From a virus (Duplodnaviria > Caudoviricetes), in IMG/VR virus record IMGVR_UViG_3300007363_000060, positions 1 to 33,903 of that record: 33,903 nucleotides of DNA; one strand, 5' to 3'. The translations under genes were made by a program, and so were the position numbers. This document shows, piece by piece, positions 33,802 to 33,903 of the stretch. The notes beneath the pieces are model-generated. The model searched no databases and was not told the DNA's origin. It saw only the letters and a list, made by a program, of their open reading frames with translations. Position 1 is the first letter of the stretch, and every line of letters begins with the position of its first letter.

Positions 33802-33903
33802 GGATGCGCCTCCCGACGCGGAAAATGCGGTCACGCTGGATCTCGCCGCGGTAGTAGAAAAACTCCCAGCGCCATTCTCCGGGATACTCGCGCATGGGAG
33901 CCC
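33788..33903 (-). CDS. 3' end of an upstream small ORF (partial)
   Basis: Open frame ...MREYPGEWRWEFFYYRGEIQRDRIFRVGRRIHAPA* overlapping the next start. Confidence 0.35.
   Translation of the reverse strand, partial: APMREYPGEWRWEFFYYRGEIQRDRIFRVGRRIHAPA

Noticed and set aside
33581-33814. 11-bp repeat ATGCGCCTCCC at 33581-33591 and 33804-33814
   Set aside because: Both copies are the GGGAGG Shine-Dalgarno plus spacer of consecutive small genes; explained by RBS similarity, although a cassette-junction role cannot be excluded.

Overview
About 34 kb of the late (virion morphogenesis) region of a GC-rich podovirus-type tailed phage or prophage with a BPP-1/T7-like head-tail and ejectosome module. 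The host is probably a proteobacterium (inferred from GC content and RBS/promoter style only). Almost all genes are on the minus strand and translationally coupled. In transcription order: small accessory genes, a winged-HTH gene, terminase small subunit, a lectin-fold gene, terminase large subunit, a second winged-HTH gene, two small Pro-rich proteins, portal, two micro-ORFs, Bbp19-like protein, scaffold, major capsid, decoration-like protein, tail tubular proteins A and B, a GNAT-like gene, ejected (internal virion) proteins interrupted by a three-gene cassette, a 2852-aa polyvalent ejected protein, an opposite-strand lipoprotein moron, tail fibre/receptor-binding genes and the start of a holin-like gene. 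Three signals stand out. (1) A three-copy promoter architecture, CAAGTAAWCGCCA-N27-TAVAAT, in which each -10 is followed by a hairpin arm that can pair with or next to the downstream Shine-Dalgarno only on read-through mRNA. (2) The giant ejected protein carries two tandem ADP-ribosyltransferase-like modules bounded by Y-x-Q motifs directly ahead of an HExxH metallopeptidase. (3) A seamlessly coupled, foreign-looking structural cassette sits inside the ejectosome genes. All product calls come from motif recognition and synteny; no database searches were run.
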